Assembly (NCBI GenBank): GCA_965199955.1
Contig: CBDATQ010000001.1
Span: forward strand, 480,001-544,000
Direction: 5' to 3'
From: Spirochaetia bacterium
GTDB lineage: Bacteria; Spirochaetota; Spirochaetia; SZUA-6; Bin103
Length of the DNA stretch: 64,000 nucleotides
The notes below the pieces were generated by a model. The model worked only from the letters and a program-made list of their open reading frames with translations, had not been told where the DNA came from and did not search any database. Below are positions 47,432 through 57,588 of the stretch, in pieces. Position 1 is the first letter of the stretch. Every line of letters begins with the position of its first letter. Made by a program: the position numbers and the translations under genes.

Positions 47432-48430
47432 ATGACGGCATTCATCATCCGCCGGGTGCTGACCATGATCGTGTCGTTCTTCCTGATCTCGATCGTGGTC
47501 TTCATCACCATCCAGTTGCCGCCGGGGGACTACGCGTCGAACCTGATCGCGCTCGCCGCAGGCACCGACGCGCGGGTGATCAACGCTCAGGCGGCCGAGG
47601 AGTTGGCGGCCAACATCAGGGCGCGCTTCGGCCTGGACAGGCCTCAGTGGCAGCAATACCTGTTCTGGATCGGCAACTTCATGCGCGGCGACTTCGGCTT
47701 GTCGCTGGAGACGTTTCTGCCGGTCCGGGAGATGCTGGAGGACCGGCTCCTGATCAGTTTCGGCCTGTCGCTCATCACGCTGCTGTTCACTTGGGCGATC
47801 GGCATTCCGATCGGCATCTACACCGCCACGCACAAGAACACCCTGGGCGATCACGCGGCGACCCTGGCCGGCTTCATCGGCCTGTCGATCCCGAACTTCT
47901 TCCTGGCCCTGGTCCTGATGGTGTTCGCGCTGTTCGCGCTCGACCTCCCGGTGGGGAGGTTGCTCTCCGCGGAGTACGAAGATGCGCCGTGGAGCCTGGG
48001 CAAGCTGTGGGACCTGGCCAGGAACCTGTGGATTCCGATCATCGTCATCGGCACCGCGGGCACGGCCAGCACGATTCGCATCATGCGCGGCAACCTGCTG
48101 GAGGTGCTGGAACAGCCGCACGTGACCACCGCCCGCTCCAAGGGCATCGCCGAGCCGGTGGTCATCAGGCGTCACAGCGTCCGCATCGCGTTCAACCCGT
48201 TCATCAGCGCCCTGGGCCTGTCGCTGCCGGCCATGCTGTCGGGAGAGACGATCACCTCGATCGTGCTGAATCTGCCCACCGCCGGACCGTTGCTGTTCAG
48301 GGCGCTCCTGCAGGAGGACGTGTACCTGGCGGGGAGCATCCTGCAGTTCTTCGGGATCTTCCTGCTGCTGGGCAACCTCATCGCCGACATCGCGCTGGCG
48401 TGGCTCGACCCGCGGATCCGTTATGACTGA
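47432..48430 (+). CDS. Opp-type ABC permease (OppB-like)
   Basis: IQLPPGD, GDFGLS, LSIPNF, ARSKG, LDPRIR; paralog of 40464. Confidence 0.92.
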   Translation: MTAFIIRRVLTMIVSFFLISIVVFITIQLPPGDYASNLIALAAGTDARVINAQAAEELAANIRARFGLDRPQWQQYLFWIGNFMRGDFGLSLETFLPVREMLEDRLLISFGLSLITLLFTWAIGIPIGIYTATHKNTLGDHAATLAGFIGLSIPNFFLALVLMVFALFALDLPVGRLLSAEYEDAPWSLGKLWDLARNLWIPIIVIGTAGTASTIRIMRGNLLEVLEQPHVTTARSKGIAEPVVIRRHSVRIAFNPFISALGLSLPAMLSGETITSIVLNLPTAGPLLFRALLQEDVYLAGSILQFFGIFLLLGNLIADIALAWLDPRIRYD

Positions 48431-48439
48431 GGGCCTGTC

Positions 48440-49561
48440 ATGAGCACCCACGCGATCGGTTTCGAGGACACCGCCGCTCTGGAAACGGAGCAGCGAACGC
48501 CCCGGCAGCTTGCCTGGAGGAGGTTCCGCAAGAACCGACTGGCGGTCGCGAGCGCGGTGGTCATCGCGCTGTTCTACCTGATGGCGCTCTTCGCGCCGTT
48601 CCTGAGCCCCTATCACCACGACGAGAAGTTCACGAAGCTGCGCTTCGCACCTCCGCAGCGGGTCCACTTCTTCGACGAGGACGGACGCCTCAGCAGGCCC
48701 TTCACGTACGCCCTCAAGCAGCAGCTGGACCTGGAGACCTTCGCGCTCACCTACCAGGAGCAGAAGGACACCAAGTACCACGTGCGGTTCTTCGTGCGCG
48801 GGGATCCCTACCGTTGGCTCGGCATCTTCCCGATGGAGCGCCACCTGTTCGGGGTAGAAGAGGGCGGCTCGATCTTCCTGTTCGGAACCGACACCCTGGG
48901 CCGGGACCTGCTGTCCCGCATCCTGATCGGATCGCAGGTGAGCCTGAGCGTACCGCTGGTGGGGACGCTGGTGACGATCATCATAGGCACGATCCTCGGC
49001 ATCGCTTCCGGCTACTTCGGCCGCATGATCGACCACGCGTTGCAACGGTTCATCGAGGTGCTGATCTCGTTCCCCCGGGTGCCGCTGTGGCTGGCGTTCT
49101 CGGCCGCCATTCCCGCCACCTGGCCCTCGGGGTGGGTGTACATGGGGATCGTGGTGGCGATATCCCTGATCGGCTGGGGCGGCCTGGCGCGCGTCGTGCG
49201 CGGGAAGGTGCTGGCGTATCGCAACGAGGAGTACGTCCTGGCGGCCGAGGGCGTCGGCGCCGGCACGTGGCGGATCATCACCAAGCACCTGCTGCCGGGC
49301 TCGCTGAGTCACATCATCGTCGTGGCGACGCTGTCGGTGCCCGAACTCATCCTGGCGGAGAGCAGCCTGAGCTTCCTGGGCGTCGGCGTCACGCCGCCCA
49401 TGACGAGCTGGGGCATCCTGCTGCAGGGGGCGCAAAGCGTGCAGGCGTTGCTGCACCAGCCGTGGCTCGGCCTGCCGGCGATCTACATCATCGTCATCGT
49501 GCTGGCCTTCAACTTCCTGGGCGACGGCGTCCGCGACGCCGCCGATCCGTTTGCCACATGA
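48440..49561 (+). CDS. Opp-type ABC permease (OppC-like)
   Basis: GTDTLGRD, ESSLSFLG, FNFLGDGVRDAADP. Confidence 0.92.
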   Translation: MSTHAIGFEDTAALETEQRTPRQLAWRRFRKNRLAVASAVVIALFYLMALFAPFLSPYHHDEKFTKLRFAPPQRVHFFDEDGRLSRPFTYALKQQLDLETFALTYQEQKDTKYHVRFFVRGDPYRWLGIFPMERHLFGVEEGGSIFLFGTDTLGRDLLSRILIGSQVSLSVPLVGTLVTIIIGTILGIASGYFGRMIDHALQRFIEVLISFPRVPLWLAFSAAIPATWPSGWVYMGIVVAISLIGWGGLARVVRGKVLAYRNEEYVLAAEGVGAGTWRIITKHLLPGSLSHIIVVATLSVPELILAESSLSFLGVGVTPPMTSWGILLQGAQSVQALLHQPWLGLPAIYIIVIVLAFNFLGDGVRDAADPFAT

Positions 49562-49571
49562 GCGCTGCCAC

Positions 49572-50573
49572 ATGAACGACGCGCTGCTCCGGGTGAGCGA
49601 CCTCCGGACCTACTTCCACACCGACGACGGCGTCGTGCGGGCGGTGGACGGCGTGAGCTTCAGCGTAGCCGCGAACCAGACGCTGGGGGTGGTGGGAGAG
49701 AGCGGCTGCGGCAAGAGCGTCACCGCGCTGAGCGTGTTGCGGCTGGTCAAGAGCCCGCCCGGCAAGCTGGAAAGCGGTTCCATGGTGCTCGAGACCGAAC
49801 GGGGCCCGGTCGATCTGGCCAGGCTGCCGCAGCGCGGACGGCGCATCCGTGCCATCCGCGGCCGGGACGTGTCCATGATCTTTCAGGAGCCGATGCGGGC
49901 GCTGACCCCGGTCTACACCATCGGCTTCCAGATCAGGGAGGCCCTGCAGGAGCACACCGGCATGGGCGCCGAGGAGGCGACCTCCACGGCGGTGGAGATG
50001 CTGCGCGCGGTGGGCATGCCCGATCCGGTGCAGCGCATGAACACCTACCCGCACCAGCTCTCGGGTGGCATGCGGCAGCGGGTCATGATCGCGATGGCCC
50101 TGGTCTGCAGGCCGAAGCTGCTGATCGCCGACGAGCCGACCACCGCTCTCGACGTCACCATCGAGGCGCAGATCCTGGCGCTGCTGAAGCGGCTGCAGGA
50201 GCAGTTCCACATGGCCATCCTGTTCATCACCCACGACCTGGGGGTGATCGCGAAGATGGCCGACGCCGTGATGGTGATGTACCTGGGTCAGGTGATGGAA
50301 CGGGCGCCGGTGCGCGATCTGTTCCACGATCCGCGGCACCCCTACACGCAGGCGCTGTTCCGCTCGATCCCCTCCATGGCCGAGGAGCCGAAGCAGCGGC
50401 TGGCGGTCATCCAGGGCTCGGTTCCGCATCCGTTGACCCACAGTACCGGCTGCCCCTTCGCGCCCCGCTGCGATCACGCTGGCGACCGGTGCGCGCAGAA
50501 GCCGCCGGAGTTCGAGGTCGGAGCGGGGCACACGGTGGCGTGCTGGCTTCACGAGGGGTCAGGCGAGGAGTAG
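49572..50573 (+). CDS. Opp-type ABC ATPase (OppD-like)
   Basis: [36 protein letters not shown]. Confidence 0.93.
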   Translation: MNDALLRVSDLRTYFHTDDGVVRAVDGVSFSVAANQTLGVVGESGCGKSVTALSVLRLVKSPPGKLESGSMVLETERGPVDLARLPQRGRRIRAIRGRDVSMIFQEPMRALTPVYTIGFQIREALQEHTGMGAEEATSTAVEMLRAVGMPDPVQRMNTYPHQLSGGMRQRVMIAMALVCRPKLLIADEPTTALDVTIEAQILALLKRLQEQFHMAILFITHDLGVIAKMADAVMVMYLGQVMERAPVRDLFHDPRHPYTQALFRSIPSMAEEPKQRLAVIQGSVPHPLTHSTGCPFAPRCDHAGDRCAQKPPEFEVGAGHTVACWLHEGSGEE

Positions 50574-50575
50574 GC

Positions 50576-51643
50576 GTGGCCGAAGCACCCGATCTGCTGA
50601 CCGTCGAGAACCTGCGGAAGCACTTCCCGATCGAGAAGGGGCTGTTGCGCCGCACCGTTGGACAGGTCAAGGCCGTGGACGGCGTCAGCTTCTCCGTGCG
50701 GAAGGGCGAGACCCTGGGACTGGTCGGTGAGAGCGGCTGCGGCAAGACCACCGCCGGCAGGGTGGCCGCGGGTCTCGCGAGGCCGTCCGGAGGCGCGGTG
50801 ACCTTTCACTCCAACGGAGAGCGTATCGACGTTCACGCCCTGAGCCGCCAGGAGCTCAGAGCGTTCCGGCGCCACGTGCAGGTGGTGTTCCAGGATCCGT
50901 ATTCCTCGCTCAACCCCTACCTGCGCGTGATCGAGATCGTCGGCGAGCCGCTGGAGGTGCAGGAAGGGATTCGCGGTCCGGCGCTGCGCAAGGAGGTGGA
51001 GCCTCTGCTGGAGGCGGTGGGGTTGCGGCCGGCGTACGCGGACCGGTTCCCGCACGAGTTCTCGGGCGGTCAGCGGCAGCGGATCAGCCTTGCCCGGGCG
51101 CTGGCGCTGAAGCCGCAACTGGTCGTCGCCGACGAGCCGGTGTCGGCCCTCGACGTGTCGGTGCAGGCGCAGATCCTCAATCTGATGATCGAGCTGCAGC
51201 GCCGCTTTGCGCTGAGCTACCTGTTCATCGCCCACGATCTGAGCGTGGTCCGCTACATCAGCGACCGCGTCGCCGTGATGTACCTGGGACGCATCGTCGA
51301 GACCGGAACCGCGGAGGCGGTGTTCCGCAATCCCCGTCACCCCTATACGGAGGCGCTGCTGTCGGCGTTCCCGGCTCCCGACCCTGACGATACCGAAGAG
51401 CGCATCGTCCTGGAGGGCGACGTGCCGAGCGCGTCCAACCCGCCGGCTGGCTGCGCGTTTCATACTCGCTGTCCGTATGCGGCCGACGCCTGCAGCCAGG
51501 ATGTGCCGCAACTTGAGGAGGTTGCCGTGGAACAGATGAGCGCGTGCATACGCGCGGCCGAACTGCAGTTGCAGGGGCGGACGATCACCAGGCCGCCGTG
51601 GGCGAGCGCGGAGGCCGGCGAGACCGGAGATGGATATGCGTAA
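50576..51643 (+). CDS. Opp-type ABC ATPase (OppF-like)
   Basis: GESGCGKT, FPHEFSGGQRQR, DEPVSALD, GCAFHTRC. Confidence 0.93.
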   Translation: MAEAPDLLTVENLRKHFPIEKGLLRRTVGQVKAVDGVSFSVRKGETLGLVGESGCGKTTAGRVAAGLARPSGGAVTFHSNGERIDVHALSRQELRAFRRHVQVVFQDPYSSLNPYLRVIEIVGEPLEVQEGIRGPALRKEVEPLLEAVGLRPAYADRFPHEFSGGQRQRISLARALALKPQLVVADEPVSALDVSVQAQILNLMIELQRRFALSYLFIAHDLSVVRYISDRVAVMYLGRIVETGTAEAVFRNPRHPYTEALLSAFPAPDPDDTEERIVLEGDVPSASNPPAGCAFHTRCPYAADACSQDVPQLEEVAVEQMSACIRAAELQLQGRTITRPPWASAEAGETGDGYA

Positions 51644-52553
51644 GGAACCGCACCTGGTCTCGGTCAAGCGGATCTGGGACCGGGCGCCGCACAGCGCCTT
51701 CACCGACCTGCTCCGCCACCGCGGCCGCTGGTGGTGCACGTTCCGGGAGGCTCCGGATCACGGCAGGAGCATCGGCACGCTCCGGATCCTGGTCTCCGAT
51801 GACGGCACGGCGTGGAGCAGTGCCGCCGAGGTCGTGGAGGAGGGGATCGACCTGCGCGATCCGAAGCTGTCGGTCATGCCGGACGGACGGATGCTGCTGC
51901 TGGCCGGCGGCTCGGTCTTCCGGGGCCCGACCTATCTCACCCGCTCGCCCCGCGTGTCCTTCTCCGACGACGGGATCTCCTGGAGCGCGCCCGCCCGCGT
52001 GCTGGCCGAGGACCACTGGCTGTGGCGGGTGACGTGGCACGACGAGGTCGGCTACTCGGTCTCGAAGCTGGGGGAGGCGAGCAATCCGCGCCGCGGGTTC
52101 CTGTACACGACCCGCGACGGCCTGGAGTGGCGGTGGGTGACGGAGCTGCGCCCGCCCGACGGGAGCTGGACGGTGAGCGAGACCACCCTGCGCATCATGC
52201 CCGACGGCGAGATGATCGCCTTGATCCGGCCTGACTGGATCGGCAGTAGCCGGCCGCCCTACACCGAGTGGTCTTTCGCGCACCTGCAGCAGAGCCTGGG
52301 CGGCCCCAACTTCATCCGCCTGCCGAACGGCGATCTGTGGGCCGGCGCCCGCTGCAGCGACGCCGCGGGAACGCCGGTCACCGCGCTGGCCAGGATGAGC
52401 CGCGAAGCCTTCGACGTGGCGCTGGCGCTGCCCAGCGGCGGAGACAACTCCTACCCCGGCATGGTCTGGCACCAGGAGCGGCTGTGGGTCAGCTACTACT
52501 CGTCACACGAAGGCAAGGCGAGTATCTACATCGCCCAGGTGAGCCTGGGCTGA
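51636..52553 (+). CDS. Sialidase-like beta-propeller, subfamily C
   Basis: HSAFTDL, FRE, SDDGTAW, DLRDPKL, WLWRVTWH, SET, LPSGGDNSYPG, SYYSSHEG. Confidence 0.75.
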   Translation: MRKEPHLVSVKRIWDRAPHSAFTDLLRHRGRWWCTFREAPDHGRSIGTLRILVSDDGTAWSSAAEVVEEGIDLRDPKLSVMPDGRMLLLAGGSVFRGPTYLTRSPRVSFSDDGISWSAPARVLAEDHWLWRVTWHDEVGYSVSKLGEASNPRRGFLYTTRDGLEWRWVTELRPPDGSWTVSETTLRIMPDGEMIALIRPDWIGSSRPPYTEWSFAHLQQSLGGPNFIRLPNGDLWAGARCSDAAGTPVTALARMSREAFDVALALPSGGDNSYPGMVWHQERLWVSYYSSHEGKASIYIAQVSLG

Positions 52554-52578
52554 CGCGCTACCCGCAGCCGTCAGAACG

Positions 52579-52997
52579 ATGAACAGCGTTACGGTCGCAA
52601 GCGTCCAGTTCGACGGTGTGCCGGGCCACGTCGACGCGAATCTCGGCCGCATGGTGCAGCTCATCGACGACGCGGCAGCGCGGGGAGCGGAGCTCGTCGC
52701 GTTCCCGGAGGTAGCCGCGTCCGACTACTTCGGGACCGACTTCGCTTCGCTGGCGAGCCCCGTGCCGGGCAATCAGTTCGCGGTACTGGCGCGGGCGGCC
52801 GCGCGCTGCGGGGTCGTATCGGTGACAACGATCTCACGGTCGAGGTGTACAACACGCTGGCCAACCACTTCGGCACCGGGTTCCCCCCGTCCTCCCACGC
52901 GCCCAAGGAGCAGCAGGGCGGCGGCCTGATCGGCCCGGTGACCGTGCGATTCCGGTGGCCGGTCAGCATCACCGCCCGCCCGGTGGTCAGGTCCTGA
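52579..52997 (+). pseudogene. Chimeric remnant: carbon-nitrogen hydrolase N-terminus joined out of frame to a glycoside-hydrolase-type C-terminal segment
   Basis: VASVQF..NL..GAELVAFPE up to about 52818; then another frame reads GDNDLTVEVYNTLANHF..GGLIGPVTV..* (TGA 52995-52997). Confidence 0.65.
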
Positions 52998-53003
52998 GAT
53001 CAA

Positions 53004-53624
53004 TCAGCGATCGACCCCAGTTCCCATGGCGGAGGCAATGTCGTCGCGAAACCTTGCCCAGGCAGGCACCTGCTCCAAGAGACCGCCTGGAGGAAGGCTC
53101 TCTGCAAGCTGCTTCCGAAGATTGCCAAAATCGGCCTTGAACCTCTTGCGGCGTCGCACTCCCCGAGGTGCTCCCGCCTTCATCAGCACGTCACGCAAGG
53201 TCCGCTTGGGGTCCGGCACACTCTCCAGCTCATCAGGTGCAGGCAAATCAAGCGGCTCGGTGCCACGTGGACGTCCGGCGACTCTACGTATCGCGGCTTC
53301 GTCCGCGAGCAGCCACGCCTCCATCATCCGCACCGGCACTACACCGATCCATCTGCCTTCGTACTTGGCATCCGATATGCCTTGTCTGATCTCTCCGTAT
53401 CTCGAATCGGTGTTCGCTCCGTCGGCATCGCGATGCACAAACAGCAAGTTCACGCTGCCAAAGTACTGTAGCCCGAGACGCACCTTGTCTCTTACACGTC
53501 GTCCACGAAACGATGCGGCTCCATCGGCTTCCGATGCGCCGCATTCGATGAGCAGGGCCTGAATATGAGAGACCAGCGCTGCGTCGGATGAACCCTCGCA
53601 GATCAGTAGAAACCGTACTCTCAT
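53004..53624 (-). CDS. DUF4276-like (TOPRIM-like) protein
   Basis: LICEGSSD, FVHRDAD, VPVRMMEAWLLAD, PDPK; ATG overlaps the ATPase stop. Confidence 0.75.
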   Translation of the reverse strand: MRVRFLLICEGSSDAALVSHIQALLIECGASEADGAASFRGRRVRDKVRLGLQYFGSVNLLFVHRDADGANTDSRYGEIRQGISDAKYEGRWIGVVPVRMMEAWLLADEAAIRRVAGRPRGTEPLDLPAPDELESVPDPKRTLRDVLMKAGAPRGVRRRKRFKADFGNLRKQLAESLPPGGLLEQVPAWARFRDDIASAMGTGVDR

Positions 53625-55093
53625 GAATTCTGCCAGAACTCTTCAGGCCAGAACTCGGCGGGGAATCTGAGCTGAGCATCTTCTGGTGGAATCAGATAGG
53701 ATTGCAGTTCGACCTTGCCGATGCCAGTTGACGTACTCGAATCATCATCTGGGTCGGAAGTATCTCTCCAAGAACCTTGCAGAGGATAGCACTTTAGCGG
53801 CCACACCGCGCGTCCTGTGGCCGACTTGACGGCGGTTTTTTTTGCCAGAACGATTTCCTGCTGGCTCTGTAGCTGCACAAAATAGGGTGAGTGGGTCGCG
53901 ACAATGACTTGCCGTAAGGGGTTGTCCTCGGCCACGGGTTCGTCGCAGTCGACCGCGATGTCGTGCAGCAGCCGATTCATGGCTTCCAGCCTCTCGGGAT
54001 GGATCCCGTTCTCCGGCTCCTCCATGCAGTACACCCCGGCGTCGGCGGCCTCTGCGATAGCGGTCAAGGCCAGGAATCGAAGGGTGCCGTCGGAAATGGA
54101 GTTGGCCCGCAACCGTACGCCGTCGGGTTCTTCGAGCTCCAGGGAAAAGAGCTGCCGCACGTCGTCTCGCACCGCGCGGACCGTTCGTACGGGCACGAGG
54201 GCGGAAAGCGTACTCGCGATCCTGCTCAGGATGTCATCCTCAGGGTCTTCCGCAGTTTCGGAGGTGGAGCCCCCACTGGCCAGATGGTGCAGGGTAGCGG
54301 GGATATGCCCACCGTCGGGGGTAATGCCGGGTTCGTCGGTGAACGTGTCGGCACGGCGCATGGCCGAGGGCTCCAGGGCCAGTATCCGCCACCGTTGCAT
54401 CTCTCGACGAGCTGCCAGAATCGTGGGCGTCGCCGCCGTGTTCTCGGTGCCGATGATCGTTCGCGGAGCGCGTTCGGCAGGCGCCGCCGGCCGGGGTCGT
54501 CCGGAGGAACCGCCATCCTGATGGATGACGATGGTAGCGGGAGCGGACGCTCCATCACCAATCGTGGAGATGTACCGGGATCTTCGCCGCTTGTTGTAGA
54601 TAACGCTGTTCCGAAATCTCTGTTTGATATGGGGAAATCGCAACTTCTCGGCGGCGCGGCCGGAGGGGATGTAGCGAAGATCCTCGCGCTCCAGAACAAG
54701 ACCGCCGAGCGGTCCGGCAGATTGGGATGGTGGATCGTGTCGGAACGCAACCTCGTAACGCAGGAAGGTGGATGAAGGAACTCCTGGCCGGCCGAAGTCG
54801 TCCACAACCCGCCTGTCCACGATCATTTCGGCGGCGAATCGGATGCGGTTCACGGTGTTGCCGTTAGCGTAAAAAAACAGATCTCCGATTTCGCCGATGT
54901 CCTGCTCGGAGCTGCGAATCAGCAGCGCGGATTGATTGATGGTGTGGTCGGTCAATAGCGAGAGAAATCGGATAGCGTCGAAGATGTTGGACTTGCCGAC
55001 GCCGTTGACTCCCGCGATACACGTATAGGGTCCGAGATCGAGGGAGAAATCGACCAGGTTCTTGAAGCCATCTACTTCAATACGGGTGAGCAT
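53621..55093 (-). CDS. AAA_21/ABC-type ATPase (OLD/AbiEii-like)
   Basis: IEVDGFKN, GVNGVGKSN, SDGTLR signature, MEEPENGIHP, ATHSP. Confidence 0.88.
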   Translation of the reverse strand: MLTRIEVDGFKNLVDFSLDLGPYTCIAGVNGVGKSNIFDAIRFLSLLTDHTINQSALLIRSSEQDIGEIGDLFFYANGNTVNRIRFAAEMIVDRRVVDDFGRPGVPSSTFLRYEVAFRHDPPSQSAGPLGGLVLEREDLRYIPSGRAAEKLRFPHIKQRFRNSVIYNKRRRSRYISTIGDGASAPATIVIHQDGGSSGRPRPAAPAERAPRTIIGTENTAATPTILAARREMQRWRILALEPSAMRRADTFTDEPGITPDGGHIPATLHHLASGGSTSETAEDPEDDILSRIASTLSALVPVRTVRAVRDDVRQLFSLELEEPDGVRLRANSISDGTLRFLALTAIAEAADAGVYCMEEPENGIHPERLEAMNRLLHDIAVDCDEPVAEDNPLRQVIVATHSPYFVQLQSQQEIVLAKKTAVKSATGRAVWPLKCYPLQGSWRDTSDPDDDSSTSTGIGKVELQSYLIPPEDAQLRFPAEFWPEEFWQNS

Positions 55094-55430
55094 GACGGTC
55101 TCCTGAGCTGGCGGTCACGGAAACACTCGACGAAATCGAGCGCCGTGACTCCTCATGCTGGATCATAGCATGCGGAACAGTGGCCGGTGTCGCGTGGACC
55201 GCCGGGAGCCGCCATCGTACCCTTCGGCCTTATGCCGGCGCTTCCGGTCGGGACGGACCGCTTCGACGCCCGCGGAGCGCGATCAATCAGGTCTCGCTCT
55301 GTCTTCGATCCCGAAGCGCCGGTACCGTCGGTACGGTCACTCCGCCTCGGCGCCGAAGTGGCACGGCGGGCCGCTCTCGGCTGCCTGTTCGCGGGAGAGC
55401 TGGCGGCGCCTTCCGGGTTGCGCAGGCGCC

Positions 55431-56234
55431 TCAGGCGCGTTGCATGGTGCGGTAGCGGTGCACGGCCAGCGGGGCGAACACGGCGATGATGACCGCCGCC
55501 CAGATCAGGGTGTACAGCACCGGGTGCTGCAGCGGCCACGCGACCGGATCGGGCGTCCCCGGAGGTATGTTCCCGAACAGCTCCCGCGTCGCCTGCGTGA
55601 CCGCGGAGACCGGGTTCCACAGGGCGAAGGTGCGCAGCACCGGCGGCAGGTTCTCGGCGGGAACGAAGGTGTTGGCCACAAACGTCAGCGGCATGGTCAC
55701 CATGAACGCCGCGTTGTTGATCACTTCGACGCTCGGCACCATCAGGCCGACGAAGGCCATGACCCAGGAAAAGGCGTAGGCGAACAGCAGCAGCAGGGCG
55801 AATCCCCCGACCGCCGGCAGCACGCCGGTGTCGATCCGCCATCCGACCACGAGCCCGGTCAACGCCATGATCGCCAGCGACGCCACGTTGTACAGCACGT
55901 CGCTCATCGTGCGGCCCACCAGCAGCGCGCTGCGCGACATCGGCAGCGAGCGGAAGCGGTTCATGATCCCCTTTTGGATGTCCTCTGCCAGGCCGGCGCC
56001 GGTGAAGATCGCACCGAACACGACCGTCTGCGCGAAGATGCCGGCGATCAGGAACTCGCGGTAGGAGCCGCCGGGGATGGCGATCGAGTTGCCGAAGACG
56101 TACGCGAACAGCAGCACGAACATGATCGGCGACAGGAGCACGAACACCAGCACTTCGGGCACTCGCTTGATCTTGATGACGTTCCGCTTGGCGATCGTGG
56201 CGGCGTCGCTCACCGCGTTGAACATGGCGCTCAC
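55431..56234 (-). CDS. ABC-2 exporter permease (DrrB-like)
   Basis: PIMFVLLFAYVFG, GIMNRFRSLPM, WNPVS. Confidence 0.9.
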   Translation of the reverse strand: MSAMFNAVSDAATIAKRNVIKIKRVPEVLVFVLLSPIMFVLLFAYVFGNSIAIPGGSYREFLIAGIFAQTVVFGAIFTGAGLAEDIQKGIMNRFRSLPMSRSALLVGRTMSDVLYNVASLAIMALTGLVVGWRIDTGVLPAVGGFALLLLFAYAFSWVMAFVGLMVPSVEVINNAAFMVTMPLTFVANTFVPAENLPPVLRTFALWNPVSAVTQATRELFGNIPPGTPDPVAWPLQHPVLYTLIWAAVIIAVFAPLAVHRYRTMQRA

Positions 56235-57217
56235 GTGGCGGCCTCCTCCGGTTCCGTGGGCTCGGCGGCGTGGCCGGTCAGGGTGAGGAACACGTCATCC
56301 AGCGTCGGCCGGCGCAGCCCGACGTCCTGGACCGCGACCTGCTCCTGATCCAGCGCGCGCAGCGCCTGCATCAGCGCCTCCGCGCCGCCGCCGGCGATCG
56401 GCGTCACCACCGTGCGTGCGCGTTCGTCCACCTGCTGCTCCCCGACCGCGAAGCGGTCCAGCACCTCGCGGGCGTGACTCACCGCCGCCCCGGCGGCCAC
56501 CGTCACCTCGATGCGCTCCGCGCCGACCAGCCGTTTCAGCTCGTCGGGCGTACCCTCCGCGATCGCCTTGCCGTGGTCGATGACCAGCACGCGGTCGGCG
56601 AGCTGGTCCGCCTCCTCCATGTACTGGGTAGTGAGCAGCACCGTGGTGCCACTGCCCACCATCCGGCGGATCACCTCCCAGAGCTGCCTGCGGCTGTGCG
56701 GGTCCAGTCCGGTGGTGGGCTCGTCCAGGAACAGTACCGGCGGATCGGCCACCAGCGCGCCCGCCAGGTCGAGGCGGCGGCGCATCCCGCCGGAGTAGGT
56801 CTTGACCGGGCGGCCGCCGGCGGAGACCAGGTCGAACTGCTCCAGCAGCTCGGTGGCGCGGCTGCGCGCACGGCGCCGGCCCAGGTGATAGAGCCGGCCG
56901 ACCATGTCCAGGTTCTCGAACCCGGTCAGGTGCTCGTCCACCGCCGCGAACTGCCCGGACAGCCCGATCCTGCGGCGCACGTCGCGGGGAGCCCGCACCA
57001 CGTCGGCGCCGGCAACGACGGCGCTGCCGGCATCCGGGGAGATCAAGGTGGCCAGGATGGACACGGCGGTTGTCTTGCCGGCCCCGTTGGGGCCCAGCAC
57101 GCCGAGCACCGTTCCCTCCGACACGGCCAGGTCGAGACCGGCCAGGGCCGTGACTTGGCCATAGCGCTTGACGAGCCCGGTGGCGTGAATGAGATCAGGC
57201 ATTGCGTGCGTGGCCAC
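56231..57217 (-). CDS. ABC exporter ATPase (DrrA-like)
   Basis: GPNGAGKTT, YSGGMRRRLDLA, DEPTTGLDP, PTLDDVFL. Confidence 0.92.
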   Translation of the reverse strand: MATHAMPDLIHATGLVKRYGQVTALAGLDLAVSEGTVLGVLGPNGAGKTTAVSILATLISPDAGSAVVAGADVVRAPRDVRRRIGLSGQFAAVDEHLTGFENLDMVGRLYHLGRRRARSRATELLEQFDLVSAGGRPVKTYSGGMRRRLDLAGALVADPPVLFLDEPTTGLDPHSRRQLWEVIRRMVGSGTTVLLTTQYMEEADQLADRVLVIDHGKAIAEGTPDELKRLVGAERIEVTVAAGAAVSHAREVLDRFAVGEQQVDERARTVVTPIAGGGAEALMQALRALDQEQVAVQDVGLRRPTLDDVFLTLTGHAAEPTEPEEAAT

Positions 57218-57325
57218 CGACGGAAGGAGCGAGCTGCCGGCAACTCGCCGGAAACCTACGCACGTTCGATCGATCGGTCAAAATCGCCGTACCCGGAGGA
57301 TCCTTGCGAAGGAGCGTTGCGACGG

Positions 57326-57344
57326 TAGACTTGGTCCGACCAAG
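57326..57344 (+). promoter_or_regulatory. TA-type operator palindrome overlapping a -10-like box
   Basis: TAGACT at 57326-57331; CTTGGTC-C-GACCAAG at 57330-57344, just before the antitoxin RBS. Confidence 0.55.
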
Positions 57345-57354
57345 AGGACGAACC

Positions 57355-57588
57355 GTGACCACCGTCAACATTCACCAGGCAAAGACGCATCTCTCCCGGC
57401 TGCTCGCGGAAGTGGCTCGTGGTGAGGAGGTCATCATCTCCCGCGCAGGCACGCCCATCGCGCGACTCGTGCCTTACGCGGCGGCCACGCCGCAGCGCAC
57501 GTTGGGTCGCGATCGGGGTCTGTTCGAGGTTCCCGGCGAATTCGATGCTCCGCTTCCCCGGGACGTCATCGAGAGCTTCGAACGATGA
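57355..57588 (+). CDS. Phd/YefM-family antitoxin
   Basis: VTTVNIHQAKTHLSRLL..V..GEEVIISRAGTPIARLVP..R.LG..FDAPLP. Confidence 0.92.
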   Translation: MTTVNIHQAKTHLSRLLAEVARGEEVIISRAGTPIARLVPYAAATPQRTLGRDRGLFEVPGEFDAPLPRDVIESFER

